A DNA stretch of 64,000 nucleotides from Macrostomum hystrix (taxonomy: Eukaryota; Animalia; Platyhelminthes). Positions 12,001 to 26,490 of the stretch are shown here, piece after piece. Location: contig CATNEN010000010.1 in the NCBI GenBank assembly GCA_950097015.1, positions 1,178,001 to 1,242,000 on the forward strand, in the 5' to 3' direction. The position numbers and the translations under genes were made by a program. Under the pieces are notes generated by a model. The model was not told the DNA's origin. It was given only the letters and a program-made list of their open reading frames with translations, and did not search any database. How positions within the stretch are numbered: the first letter of the stretch is position 1; every line of letters starts with the position of its first letter.

Positions 12001-15000
12001 TCGAGTAGAAATTCTTGGAAAATGTTCTTGCGCTGAACTAAAGCTGGAGATATTTTTTATAATGAAAAAAATAGATAGGGATTAAGGGATTTTGAGAAGA
12101 GAGAGTACTCACTCTCTGAGCAGGTGTCCCCGCCGAAGTCCGTGAGGGAGCAGTCGCACACGAACCGGTCCCATCCCTCCCGGCACTGACCGCCGTTGCT
12201 GCAGGGCCGGCTTTCGCAGTGCTGACGCCGTCGGGGCAACCAAGGCGGCGACGGGATGTCAATCAGGCCGTGCCGTCCGCCGGTCCTGCCTGACAGGACC
12301 TCCTGGACAATGTCAACTCCTTCGCCGTTGATGCTTAGGCCGGCCATCAGGCCGACGAAGCCGTACCCCAGCGTCGCCGACTGCAGCTCCGGCGGGGTCG
12401 TGAACCGCTTCGTTGAAGGCAGGCCGCCGAGGTACAGCCTCGGTCCGAGGTCCAGTCGGTGGAATGAGCGCTGCTGCTGCTGCTGCTGATCGAGGCGCAC
12501 CGTCAGCTTGTTATTCAGTGTGACGATGTGGCCGCTGCCGTCCGAGTCGTCGATAGTGAAGCTGACTGTGTTGAAGTTGGAATTGTTCAGGCGGTACTGA
12601 TAGTTCGTCACCTGCAGAGGTAGGGATGTCTGATTTGTAATCAAAGCATGGCTCACACGTGTTTCCTATCTACCCTCGTGCCTCTAAAAATAGCAACACA
12701 GCAACTCGCTTGAGCCATTCAAGTTTGGAAGGCTGATTGCAGAGTGCGAATTTGGCTTCTCCACTCACCTGCCGCTGCGCCGCACCAGCGCCGGCGTCGC
12801 TGAGGAAGTGCAGCTCGCCGCCGCGCAGCTCGAACGCTAGAAAGTCGCCGCTCTCGCCGCCGATGTACAGCAGCAGCAGGTCTGGCTCGTTGGTGGCAAA
12901 GCTGAAATCCAGCCGCGTGACGGTCTGACCAATCTTGGACCAGGGACCACCGGTGTCTCGGCGGACAGCCAGGTAGCCGCCGGGCGCACGAAAGCGGACA
13001 GGCTCGGCCACGTGCGGATCGGCGCACCTGTCGAACGCATCGGCCGGCATGCCGGAAGTCCGCACGCCGTGCTGGCCGTGACGGCCGTAGAGTAGCAGGT
13101 CGAAGGTGGCGTCCTCGGATTTTACGCGGGCCTTCGGCGGGAAGAGAGGGAAGATTAGAATAAGTCGGGGCTTAATCTGGCGTTGACTCAAGGTAAGGAA
13201 TTCCATGAGTGATTGTTAATCATTGATAAACATAGTAATGTCACTAGCGCGCAGTAGTACTTCTTCGTGCTGTTGAAACCATAATTAATAATTCAATGAG
13301 TCATAGTGAATTAGTCGATGAGTCATAATTAATAATTCAATGAGTCATAGTGAATCAGTCGATGAGTCATAGTGAATCAGTCGATGAGTCATAGTGAATC
13401 AGTCGATGATTGATGGTGAATCTAAAAATAAGCTACCGAGAATCGTCTGATTAGTCACTGTGAATTGTCAGCTAGCTTTTTTTAAAGTGATAATTTATTG
13501 GAAATATCTTTGCATCTTTGTAAGTCAGCTGCTGGGTCATAGTAAATTTTTTTAAGTCTAACTAGCAGCGGGGTATAAGTCACGAGGAGTCAATGTCGCG
13601 ACAAGTTCGCCAACGACGAAGGTTTCGCGTTTGTGTTTTTTTGTCTGGCCCCTCCCTGACTGCACCAAACTGGTTCCGAAATTGAAACTTTCAATTAATC
13701 ATGCGGTTAAGGATACGCGCGAGCCATTTCAAATCCGTTGAAAATAGTTGACCAAAGGGCAAGCCGCACAGTTTGTGCATTAGTGCACCAGGAAGCAATA
13801 AATACAGCTCCAAAAAGAGAGGCCAGATTTTTAATTCGAAACTTTTCTCTCGCCCCCCCAGTTAGCCGCCAGCAGCTCGAATTATATTTTTTGTATTTGC
13901 TATTTAAGAATGTTCGAGCTCACACGACAGTCATCGAGTTCTGTGTACAGAATGTCTAGCGATTCCGAGAAACTTCTAATTTCATTCATAATTCATCGAT
14001 TTTTTTCGTTTAAGTCTAGATAAGTTTTAAAAAGAGGTTAGAACTGTTTCTAAAAATAGCAACAACTCTTTGTTCCACCTAGCCAATCAAAATTGACGGG
14101 CTTTTCAATTTCTCTCTAAATGTTGAATTTCTCCACACAGATTGCGCAATGAAGTTCTACTGTAGCTTGCATTCAAGGGACATGAAATGTACACATGCTG
14201 GGCTAGAGAGTTTGCATTCAAGGGACATGAAATGTACACATGCTGGGCTAGAGAGTTTGCATTCAAGGGACATGAAATGTACACATGCTGGGCTAGAGAG
14301 TTTGCATTCAAGGGACATGAAATGTACACATGCTGGGCTAGAGAGTTTGCATTCAAGGGACATGAAATGTACACATGCTGGGCTAGAGAGTTTGCATTCA
14401 AGGGACATGAAATGTACACATGCTGGGCTAGAGAGTTTGCATTCAAGGGACATGAAATGTACACATGCTGGGCTAGAGAGTTTGCATTCAAGGGACATGA
14501 AATGTACACATGCTGGGCTAGAGAGTTTGCATTCAAGGGACATGAAATGTACACATGCTGGGCTAGAGAGTTTGCATTCAAGGGACATGAAATGTACACA
14601 TGCTGGGCTAGAGAGTTTGCATTCAAGGGACATGAAATGTACACATGCTGGGCTAAGTTAGATTTTAGCGGGTGAAAATTTAGTCACGTGTTTGAGGTTT
14701 GGACAGATAAGGGCTTGTCCTGGAGTGTGTACACTGCGATGAAAGAGATGCCGACAGTAAAGTATAAAATGGCAGGGGGTAGGTTCGATGGGACAGCTAA
14801 AAAAGAAAAGTAGTTTTTTGAGTCTAGCAGTGTACAGAAAGGGTCTTGAGAATGAATCACTTGATAGAAATCAATTACGAGCTACTACTGAGACTATACT
14901 GTTAAACTTCGAAAAAGTGTCGAGAAAGTTAAAAGATTCCGCCTTTATTAACCATTGTTCCCACGCGATGCCAAAATTGATAAATTTCGTTTGCGCAGTG

Positions 15001-18000
15001 AAATTTCGCAGAACGGTAGCTGCCTCCAATGCTCAGTAGATATCGATCGAGGGGCCGGTCGGGAGGGTCGCAATGAAGTATCAAGCTAAGGGGCAGTATT
15101 CATTATAATGACCAAGCGCGGACAAGCATTGTGCCTGGCAAGCCTGACAGCAGTAACTGGGGGATCAGGCGGGTCAGTAAGGAGCAGTTGGTATGAAATG
15201 CAAGTCCGTTATGACTGAAAGAGAGCTTCTGAAAGAGAGCGCCAGATAAGAGAGACAGCTGATCTAGCCTGGAGTCCGTGCCGAGACGCTCCAGCTAAAT
15301 TTTGGTTGGAGTTGGGCAAGTTTTCCCCAATTTTTATGCTTTCCGCTGCGCCCCACCTCTGTATTCCTGCCACCTATCTGCTTCCTCCAATGCAGTGAAA
15401 AGAATAACTTTGCCCCCCGCCCCAATGACTCGGGCAATCTCATTGCTGCCGTGTGAAAGGAAGTCAAACATATTGTACTCAGCACAGTCATCACCCGCAT
15501 GCTCCCCCCAGACATGCGTGAGAGACATTGTGACGCGCTCCTAGGAAGGGAGACTGCAGTAGCCCTGAAGGACTCAGAAAGAGATTATAGGAGTCCCTGA
15601 AGGACTAGTAAGGGAGATTATAGAAGTCCCTGAAGGACTAGGATGGGAGATTATAGAAGTCCCTGAAGGACTAGTAAGGGAGATTATAGAAGTCCCTGAA
15701 GGACTAGGATGGTAGATTATAGAAGTCCCTGAAGGACTAGGAAGGGAGATTATAGAAGTCCCTGAATGACTAGTAAGGGAGATTATAGAAGTCCCTGAAG
15801 GACTAGTAAGGGAGATTATAGAAGTCCCTGAAGGACTAGGAAGGGAGATTATAGAAGTCCCTGAAGGACTAGGAAGGGAGATTATAGAAGTCCCTGAAGG
15901 ACTAGTAAGGGAGATTATAGAAGTCCCTGAAGGACTCAGAAAGGAGATTATAGGAGTCCCTGAAGGACTAGGATGGTAGATTATAGAAGTCCCTGAAGGA
16001 CTAGTAGGGGAGATTATAGAAGTCCCTGAAGGACTAGGATGGTAGATTATAGAAGTCCCTGAAGGACTAGTAAGGGAGATTATAGAAGTCCCTGAAGGAC
16101 TAGGAAGGGAGATTATAGAAGTCCCTGAAGGACTAGTAAGGGAGATTATAGAAGTCCCTGAAGGACTAGGAAGGGAGATTATAGAAGTCCCTGAAGGACT
16201 AGGATGGTAGATTATAGAAGTCCCTGAAGGACTAGTAGGGGAGATTATAGAAGTCCCTGAAGGACTAGGAAGGGAGATTATAGAAGTCCCTGAAGGACTA
16301 GGATGGTAGATTATAGAAGTCCCTGAAGGACTAGTAAGGGAGATTATAGAAGTCCCTGAAGGACTAGTAAGGGAGATTATAGAAGTCCCTGAAGGACTAG
16401 GAAGGGAGATTATAGAAGTCCCTGAAGGACTAGTAAGGGAGATTATAGAAGTCCCTGAAGGACTCAGAAAGGAGATTATAGGAGTCCCTGAAGGACTAGG
16501 ATGGTAGATTATAGAAGTCCCTGAAGGACTAGTAGGGGAGATTATAGAAGTCCCTGAAGGACTAGGATGGTAGATTATAGAAGTCCCTGAAGGACTAGTA
16601 AGGGAGATTATAGAAGTCCCTGAAGGACTAGGAAGGGAGATTATAGAAGTCCCTGAAGGACTAGTAAGGGAGATTATAGAAGTCCCTGAAGGACTAGGAA
16701 GGGAGATTATAGAAGTCCCTGAAGGACTAGGATGGTAGATTATAGAAGTCCCTGAAGGACTAGTAGGGGAGATTATAGAAGTCCCTGAAGGACTAGGAAG
16801 GGAGATTATAGAAGTCCCTGAAGGACTAGGATGGTAGATTATAGAAGTCCCTGAAGGACTAGTAAGGGAGATTATAGAAGTCCCTGAAGGACTAGTAAGG
16901 GAGATTATAGAAGTCCCTGAAGGACTAGGAAGGGAGATTATAGAAGTCCCTGAAGGACTAGGAAGGGAGATTATAGAAGTCCCTGAAGGACTAGTAAGGG
17001 AGATTATAGAAGTCCCTGAAGGACTCAGAAAGGAGATTATAGGAGTCCCTGAAGGACTAGGATGGTAGATTATAGAAGTCCCTGAAGGACTAGTAGGGGA
17101 GATTATAGAAGTCCCTGAAGGACTAGGAAGGGAGATTATAGAAGTCCCTGAAGGACTAGGATGGGAGATTATAGAAGTCCCTGAAGGACTAGTAAGGGAG
17201 ATTATAGAAGTCCCTGAAGGACTAGGAAGGGAGATTATAGAAGTCCCTGAAGGACTAGGATGGTAGATTATAGAAGTCCCTGAAGGACTAGTAGGGGAGA
17301 TTATAGAAGTCCCTGAAGGACTAGGAAGGGAGATTATAGAAGTCCCTGAAGGACTAGGATGGTAGATTATAGAAGTCCCTGAAGGACTAGTAAGGGAGAT
17401 TATAGAAGTCCCTGAAGGACTAGGATGGGAGATTATAGAAGTCCCTGAAGGGCTAGTAGGGGAGATTATAGAAGTCCCTGAAGGACTAGGATGGGAGATT
17501 ATAGAAGTCCCTGAAGGACTAGTAAGGGAGATTATAGAAGTCCCTGAAGGACTCAGAAAGGAGATTATAGGAGTCCCTGAAGGACTAGTAAGGGAGATTA
17601 TAGAAGTCCCTGAAGGACTAGGATGGGGGATTATAGAAGTCCCTGAAGGACTAGGATGGGATATTATAGAAGTCCCCGAAGGACTAGGAAGGGAGATTAT
17701 AGAAGTCCCTGAAGAACTCAGAAATGATTTTATGAGTCCCTGAAGAACTCAGAAAGGATATTATATCAGTCCCTGAAGGACTTGGAAGGGAGATTGCAGG
17801 AGTCCCTGAAGGACTAGGAATGGAGATTGCAGGAGTCCCTGAAGGACTTGGATCTCATTGGCGGAAAAGGAAGGCATAAAAGCTGTAAACCCCGAGTGAT
17901 TGGGGTGTCCGCAGCGAGTTTTTGTTAGTTTTTCCCCGCCTCAAGCGGGGAAGCTGCCTTATAGAACTGAGCAGAGGAAGTGCAAAGAAATCTTCACATC

Positions 18001-21000
18001 TACTTAACCCGAGGCTCGTTACTGGGCAGAGGTGGCAGTCGAGTTTGATGAGGGCAAGGCAGGACAGGTGAGAATCCCCAGTGCTTAATTTGTGGGATTA
18101 ACGCCGCACGGCTCATTGAATAATCAATTCTTCGCATTCGAAAAGCTTTTTTGTAAGTCCAGCGAAGTTTGCCTCTCCCGCTCCCCAGCTCCCTGTTGGG
18201 GATAATTCTGTTTGGGAATTCCCAGTTGCAATTTCCTTAACGAAATCCCAAAATAAAGGACAAGCGGCAGGCCGAGCCATGCAATTAATCAGATTTCGAC
18301 TGGGATCTTGAAGGAAGTTGTATTTCCTTTGGCAAACCATTTTGCATGGTGCTGATCGCTTTGTCCTAGTTTATTCAATAGCAACCTGAGACCATTCTCA
18401 GATGGCAAGAGCGAAATCAATTGGAAACGGTGCGTCTTGAAGACTCGCCTCTTGAGAAGGAATGAACTCTATCACTAGGTATCTTGGACAATGAAAACAT
18501 TTCGGCCTGAGTACAGTTCAACACGGGGAAGAATGCACTGAGGTCCAGAGTTCGTATCTAACGAATTTCATCGGGACTTGTCATGCAATCTGCGCCCTGC
18601 CGCAAGGCACACTGAGACTGCAAACTGCCTGACTATGACAAAGTCAGGGCAGATGTACATGCCCTATGTGTGTTTGTACAGGGCTGTTTGTACGATGGGG
18701 TCGACTGTCACCCACTGCAGATGTGCATGTACACTCAGATGTACACTCAGATGTACACTCAGATGTACACTCAGATGTACACTCAGGTGATGCAACTCAC
18801 CTCCCGCATGCAGCCGCGGAAGAATTCCAGGTCGCCATAGTGATGCAGCACGGAGCGGTGGCCGCCCAGGTACAGAGTTCGGCTGATCAGCTGAGCGGGC
18901 TGCTGGATGGTCAGCATCTTGATCACCATGTCGTCGAATAAAACGTTCACCTATTTTCAAATTAGGATTATTAGGGAAGGTGATTAATGAACTCAACTGA
19001 AAAAGCGAACGCAAACTCGCCAGTTCCTTAAAGTCGGTCGAGTGTCACTGCAAATTTGGCATGCTGGATTTGCCTTTGGTTAGGAAGAATTTAGCTGTGA
19101 GCGAATCAAAAATAATTCCAATTTTCCTTTCCATTTGAGAAAACTCAGCGCTGCCACTACTAAGAACTAAATGGCGGGCACTACTAAATGTTATTCCAGC
19201 AAAGACAAGTTGTGCTCAGGTAACTGTTGTGAACAATAATACAAAGCACTTTTTAGTGTAACAGTAGCGAATTGCGACTAAATTTCATAGTAAAGGGTGC
19301 CGTCAGAGGTAGAACAGGTGAGTGCTGTTTGTTCCTATCTGTGCTGGGTGTCATGTGTTTGCATTCCGTGTTATTGAGGTCGCAGCGACTTCAAAATCAC
19401 AATAGACAAATTGAGCAGTGTAATGCCACACTCTTGAGATCATCAAGACTGATCTCTGGTGCCGGCTTGGCCCGCTCATGCGGCTAAGGAGCTTCAAGCC
19501 AACACCCCGCCTGGATGCACGGATGCACAGAAAAACAGAAGAACAGAAGAACCGAAGAACAGAAGAACAGAATAGAAGAACAGAACAGAAGAACAGAAGA
19601 ACAGAAGAACAGAAGAACCGAAGAACAGAAGAACAGAATAGAAGAACAGAACAGAAGAACAGAAGAACAGAAGAACAGAACAGAAGAACAGAAGAACAGA
19701 AGAACCGAAGAACAGAAGAACAGAAGAACAGAAGAACAGAACAGAAGAACAGAACAGAAGAACAGAACAGAAGAACAGAACAGAAGAACAGAACAGAAGA
19801 ACAGAACAGAAGAACAGAACAGAAGAACAGAACAGAAGAACAGAACAGAAGAACAGAACAGAAGAACAGAACAGAAGAACAGAACAGAAGAACAGAACAG
19901 AAGAACAGAACAGAAGAACAGAACAGAAGAACAGAACAGAAGAACAGAACAGAAGAACAGAACAGAAGAACAGAACAGAAGAACAGAACAGAAGAACAGA
20001 ACAGAAGAACAGAACAGAAGAACAGAACAGAAGAACAGAACAGAAGAACAGAACAGAAGAACAGAACAGAAGAACAGAACAGAAGAACAGAACAGAAGAA
20101 CAGTAGAACCGAAGAACAGAACAGAAAAACAGAAGAACAGAAAAACAGAAGAACAGAAAAACAGAAGAACAGAAGAACAGCATAGAATAGGATAAGGTGA
20201 GGACAGAAAGAGACAAGCGCATGGCACATTAGTGAGCGCTAGTTGGTGAGCGGTACGTTAGTAAGGTGCGGTCGCGTCTCTGAGAAAGCAAAAACCATCG
20301 CAAAATTTAGGGGAGGCTTCTGAGCAGCTGATTGACAGCTGATTGACAGCTGATTAACAGCTGATTGATAGCTGATTGGCGGCTAAGCACTCTGAGCTGC
20401 ATCGTCCATAGTTACCTGAATCTCTGCCTTGTCCTTTTAAAGGAAAGGGAAAGAGGAGAGGAGCGAGTTGAGGGGTTCTCGCCTTAATAAGCAACGGTGC
20501 AAGCAAGCTATGTACACACTGTGTTAGCTGCAAAATTAAAAGCTCGTTTGAGCCATATTAGTAGACACTTATACGCATATAATACTGAAGCGCATAAATA
20601 GCAATATGACAATACGAGTAATGTAAGACGAAAAGGTCTTGGGAAATCTAAATCAAATTAACGATGTTGAGGAACATAACAGCTCGTTTCTGTGGTATCA
20701 TAAGACGGACTTCAGTATTTAGATAGTTCAGTAGCACGGTAAGGACCTGCAAACATTATCCGAAAGACAACCAGACTGCAGGACAGACAACCAGACTGCA
20801 GGACAGACAACCAGACTGCAAGGCAGACAACCAGACTGCAGGACAGACAACCAGACTGCAGGACAGACAACCAGACTGCAGGGCAGACAACCAGACTGCA
20901 GGGCAGACAACCAGACTGCAGGACAGACAACCAGACTGCAGGACAGACAACCAGACTGCAGTACAGACAACCAGACTGCAGGACAGACAACCAGACTGCA

Positions 21001-24000
21001 GGACAGACAACCAGACTGCAGGACAGACAACCAGACTGCAGGACAGACAACCAGACTGCAGGACAGACAACCAGACTGCAGGGCAGACAACCAGACTGCA
21101 GGACAGACAACCAGACTGCAGGACAGACAACCAGACTGCAAGGCAGACAACCAGACTGCAGGACAGACAACCAGACTGCAGGACAGACAACCAGACTGCA
21201 AGGCAGACAACCAGACTGCAGGACAGACAACCAGACTGCAGGACAGACAACCAGACTGCAGGACAGACAACCAGACTGCAGGACAGACAACCAGACTGCA
21301 GGACAGACAACCAGACTGCAGGACAGACAACCAGACTGCAAGGCAGACAACCAGACTGCAGGACAGACAACCAGACTGCAGGACAGACAACCAGACTGCA
21401 GTACAGACAACCAGACTGCAGGACAGACAACCAGACTGCAAGGCAGACAACCAGACTGCAGGACAGACAACCAGACTGCAGGACAGACAACCAGACTGCA
21501 GGGCAGACAACCAGACTGCAGGGCAGACAACCAGACTGCAGGACAGACAACCAGACTGCAGGACAGACAACCAGACTGCAGTACAGACAACCAGACTGCA
21601 GGACAGACAACCAGACTGCAGGACAGACAACCAGACTGCAGGACAGACAACCAGACTGCAGGACAGACAACCAGACTGCAGGACAGACAACCAGACTGCA
21701 AGGCAGACAACCAGACTGCAGGACAGACAACCAGACTGCAGGACAGACAACCAGACTGCAGGACAGACAACCAGACTGCAAGGCAGACAACCAGACTGCA
21801 GGACAGACAACCAGACTGCAGTACAGACAACCAGACTGCAGGACAGACAACCAGACTGCAGGACAGACAACCAGACTGCAGGACAGACAACCAGACTGCA
21901 GGACAGACAACCAGACTGCAGGACAGACAACCAGACTGCAAGGCAGACAACCAGACTGCAGGACAGACAACCAGACTGCAGGACAGACAACCAGACTGCA
22001 GGACAGACAACCAGACTGCAAGGCAGACAACCAGACTGCAGGACAGACAACCAGACTGCAGGACAGACAACCAGACTGCAGTACAGACAACCAGACTGCA
22101 GGACAGACAACCAGACTGCAAGGCAGACAACCAGACTGCAGGGCAGACAACCAGACTGCAGGACAGACAACCAGACTGCAGGACAGACAACCAGACTGCA
22201 GTACAGACAACCAGACTGCAGGACAGACAACCAGACTGCAGGACAGACAACCAGACTGCAGGACAGACAACCAGACTGCAGGACAGACAACCAGACTGCA
22301 GGACAGACAACCAGACTGCAAGGCAGACAACCAGACTGCAGGACAGACAACCAGACTGCAGGACAGACAACCAGACTGCAGGACAGACAACCAGACTGCA
22401 GGACAGACAACCAGACTGCAGGACAGACAACCAGACTGCAAGGCAGACAACCAGACTGCAGGACAGACAACCAGACTGCAGGACAGACAACCAGACTGCA
22501 GTACAGACAACCAGACTGCAGGACAGACAACCAGACTGCAAGGCAGACAACCAGACTGCAGGGCAGACAACCAGACTGCAGGACAGACAACCAGACTGCA
22601 GGACAGACAACCAGACTGCAGTACAGACAACCAGACTGCAGGACAGACAACCAGACTGCAGGACAGACAACCAGACTGCAGGACAGACAACCAGACTGCA
22701 GGACAGACAACCAGACTGCAGGACAGACAACCAGACTGCAAGGCAGACAACCAGACTGCAGGACAGACAACCAGACTGCAGGACAGACAACCAGACTGCA
22801 GGACAGACAACCAGACTGCAAGGCAGACAACCAGACTGCAGGACAGACAACCAGACTGCAGGACAGACAACCAGACTGCAGTACAGACAACCAGACTGCA
22901 AGGCAGACAACCAGACTGCAGGACAGACAACCAGACTGCAGGACAGACAACCAGACTGCAGGACAGACAACCAGACTGCAGGACAGACAACCAGACTGCA
23001 AGGCAGACAACCAGACTGCAGGGCAGACAACCAGACTGCAGGACAGACAACCAGACTGCAAGGCAGACAACCAGACTGCAGGGCAGACAACCAGACTGCA
23101 GGACAGACAACCAGACTGCAGGACAGGCAACCAGACTGCAGGACAGACAACCAGACTGCAGGACAGACAACCAGACTGCAGGACAGACAGATTCAACCAG
23201 CCCACACTGAGCAAATTATCTGAAACTCCGCAAGCCAGCCTGGGGCCTGACTCCAGAAAGAGGAAATATGACTTGCTTCATCCGGATGGAAGATCGGAAA
23301 ATTACCAGCGGGAACTAAAATTTGGGCCAGGGATCAGATGCGGAAGAGCTGCGGGCTATGGGCTTACAGGGGCCTCAATGTGCGCAAAATGGTTGCCAAT
23401 TTTCTCTTTTTGGCTTCTCTTCTTAACCAGCTCCTCCCCCGCAATGGGAGAATTTCCCGTTTTTTTCCTTCCGCAGCTCCTCAAGATAAAGTGGGATCTT
23501 TGGCTTGGTCTGAGCAGCAAGCCTCGCCCTACGATTCCCAGCCACTCGCCGCATAGTTTGGCAGTTAATTAAAACAAAACCGCTCGACTTGGGAGCCAAT
23601 AATCGATTGGCACTGTGGCGCGCAGATGCAGCTGGATACTCGGGGCTTATGTGTATCCAAACCAAATAGCTCGCAGGTTCCTAACTGGCCTCTGTTGTGG
23701 GATAATTCTGGCTCAGCAGTAGAATTCGGGCACTGTTTGATGAGCAGAGCGGATTCCTCAGTACTAACAGAGCCTCTCATGATCAAACTGGAAGCCAGAG
23801 TGAACTCAGACAGTGTTAGAACACAAATTTCTATGGCAAAGTTACTGAAATTTGTAAACAGAAATAACTTACTCTGCGACGGGCGCCTCATTGCAAGGCT
23901 TTAAAGAAACTATTGCGTAGAACACGCTACTGACGGTGACTACAATAGAGGGGACTCAACGATGCTGCAGCGATCGGAGCAATGCCTATGCAACTTCCGG

Positions 24001-24011
24001 TCAGCAGCAGC

Positions 24012-24048
<37 letters not shown>

Positions 24049-26449
24049 CAAACCCAAGTCAAGCAGCGATTACTCACCCGTTCGTAGTTCCGTTTCACCA
24101 TCAGCCGGTGCCAGCGACTGTCGGCAAACTGCAGCGGATTGTCCTCAGCCGGCCGGATTGTCACATTGCGGCTAATCCGGTTAATGGACATGTCCAGGAA
24201 GAGGTTGCCATCGCGCAGGCTTAAGGCGATAAAATCCCGTCTGTCCTGACCCTCCGGAGGCTGACGGGCGGAGCCTGGGTGGGTTGAAGAGAAGGCGTTG
24301 AGGCGCTTCTCATCCGGACTGGAGCTCGGGTTGAGGTGTCAGGGGTTGAGGTGTCAGAGAGGGGCTCGGGTTGAGGTGTCAGGGGTTGAGGTGTCAGGGG
24401 TTGAGGTGTCAGGGGTTGAGGTGTCAGGGGTTGAGGTGTCAGGGGTTGAGGTGTCAGGGGTTGAGGTGTCAGGGGTTGAGGTGTCAGGGGTTGAGGTGTC
24501 AGGGGTTGAGGTGTCAGAGACTGAGGTGTCAGGGGTTGAGGTGTCAGGGCCCATTTCGCAAGATTCGAATGCGGCCTATCCAATTAGGTGACTCGAAAGT
24601 GAATCGGTATGACTGTCTATCTCAGCGAGCGCTAGTAAGCATTTGCCTCGGAGCAGATAGGCAAAATGCGCAGAACATAAACGCCAACGGCCGCTGCGCA
24701 GAAACAAGCCTTCGCTCCTGCTTCCATTCGCACCAACTTCCCCCAGCTCGCAGTTTCATCGCAGTCACGAACCCGAACTTCGTGGTTGATTTTTCGCGGC
24801 CAGCGGGACAGACGATGCAATAATGGTTTTCGGCTGTGGAAGTGGCACGCCCTGCTTGGGATTTCTCGCCCGGGATTCCGAGTTGATACTTTGCAGCTTT
24901 CAGGGATTCGATCATAAAAAAGTAGCGAAATTATCCCACAGCTCGGGTCCGGAGTGGGGGTGCCCGTCTTGCACGACCCTCGCCTCTCTTTCTTACTCTT
25001 CGATACTTTGAGAAATACTTTCCCTGCTCATAGAGTGGGGGAACTCAAAACCGCCTGTCTGGCCTGCTCACACTTCTCACACCCACCAACTCATTCCGGC
25101 GAGTTGCAGCAGCAGCAGCAATAACAACAGCAACAGCAGCAGCAGCAACGAAGGGAGGCCCGATGCCTTTACTGCCGCGCTTTCGTGCCGCTGTTTGAGC
25201 GATGCGTGGGGACTGCGGGCTGGCGGGATCTGCCAACCCGAACCCTCCGCGGCACCCTCCACTACCAGACTGAGGGGATCCGGGTAGAGGCTTAGAAGGC
25301 CCGACAGCTTCATCCCAAGTTTCCTGCCTCTGAAGCCCCGTCTCTCTTTCTGCCTTCTTTTCTCTTTCAGCTCAGTTTCTCTCGCCTCCCTTTTCTTCTC
25401 TTTTTCTTTGGCATTTTTCCCTTCGGGAGCTTTGGGCGCGTCTTGTTTGCCCAGCTGCTTCCTGTGGGACCTTCTGAGGCTTGCGGGCCGGGCGAGAGGA
25501 GGCAGAAAGTTCCCTTCATCTCCTGCTTTTTGCTAGATTTCCCGCCTTTCAGCTCTCGCCTTCCAGCTCTCGCCTTCCTGCTCTCGCCTTCCAGCTCTCG
25601 CCTTCCTGCTCTCGCCTTCCAGCTCTCGCCTTCCAGCTCTTGCCTTCCGGTTCTCGCCTCCGTTTCCCCGAGTCCCTGGCAACGCACCTGCGTAGATGAG
25701 GAAGGCCGACCTCTGCCTGGTCCTGTAGAGCAGGCTGATTGTGTCCGAATTGCCGTAGATGCCCAGCGCATCGGAGCCGAGGTCCAAGTAGATGAAGCCG
25801 CGGCCGTCAAACGTAGTCGGTGTCTCGTCGCGAACTGCGCATGAGGGGATGAGGAGGGAAAACTTTGCGGCTTGTTGCCGGTTGGCATGAAAGTCATTTT
25901 TTCAGTTCTTTCTTCCTTTGGCGCACCGTCATCAAACAAGGCCAGGCAAACACAGAGAGAGAGAGAGTTTGAAGGCGGTGCGGGGGAAAAAAGTAGCTCC
26001 GCACGCCAGGGGATAAAAGAATTGAAAAGGCCAGACAGAGACAGTCAGAAGCAGGGACAGCGAAGAGACGGCGGGGAAAGGAGCAGAGGAAAGTCTCTAA
26101 CACTCTCCTGGATGCTCAACGCATTAACGGAATTAATTCGAGGGGCGATTCCCCGCCGGGTGGCGGCTGATAAGGCCCACTCGCTTCCCCAACTCGTCCC
26201 TCGCATCCCATCTCGGCGGACACTTCCGCTAAGTCCACTCCTCTGAATGCCGCGTCGGTTTATTTCGCATTCTCAGCTCGGCTGTGCTCAAACTAAGCCT
26301 TCTAAACTTGAAAAATAAATATCCGTGTACGGGAAATCCCACGGCACCACAAGTTGGACTCGGCGCTTCCATCGCGGGTCTTGAATTATGGCCGGCCGAT
26401 TCCCAGACCGCACACAGACTCATCACTTTTCATATTTCAGTTCCCCCAG

Positions 26450-26490
<41 letters not shown>

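Noticed and set aside
23378-23572. Plus-strand [24 protein letters not shown] signal-like peptide
   Set aside because: Antisense to the neurexin, with no downstream domain or partner exon found.
25077-25313. Poly-Leu ORF resembling a long signal peptide in intron 2
   Set aside because: The leucines come from a CTG/TTG microsatellite, the only phase-1 donor (A|GTTGGT) is weak, and it would join mid-LNS2.
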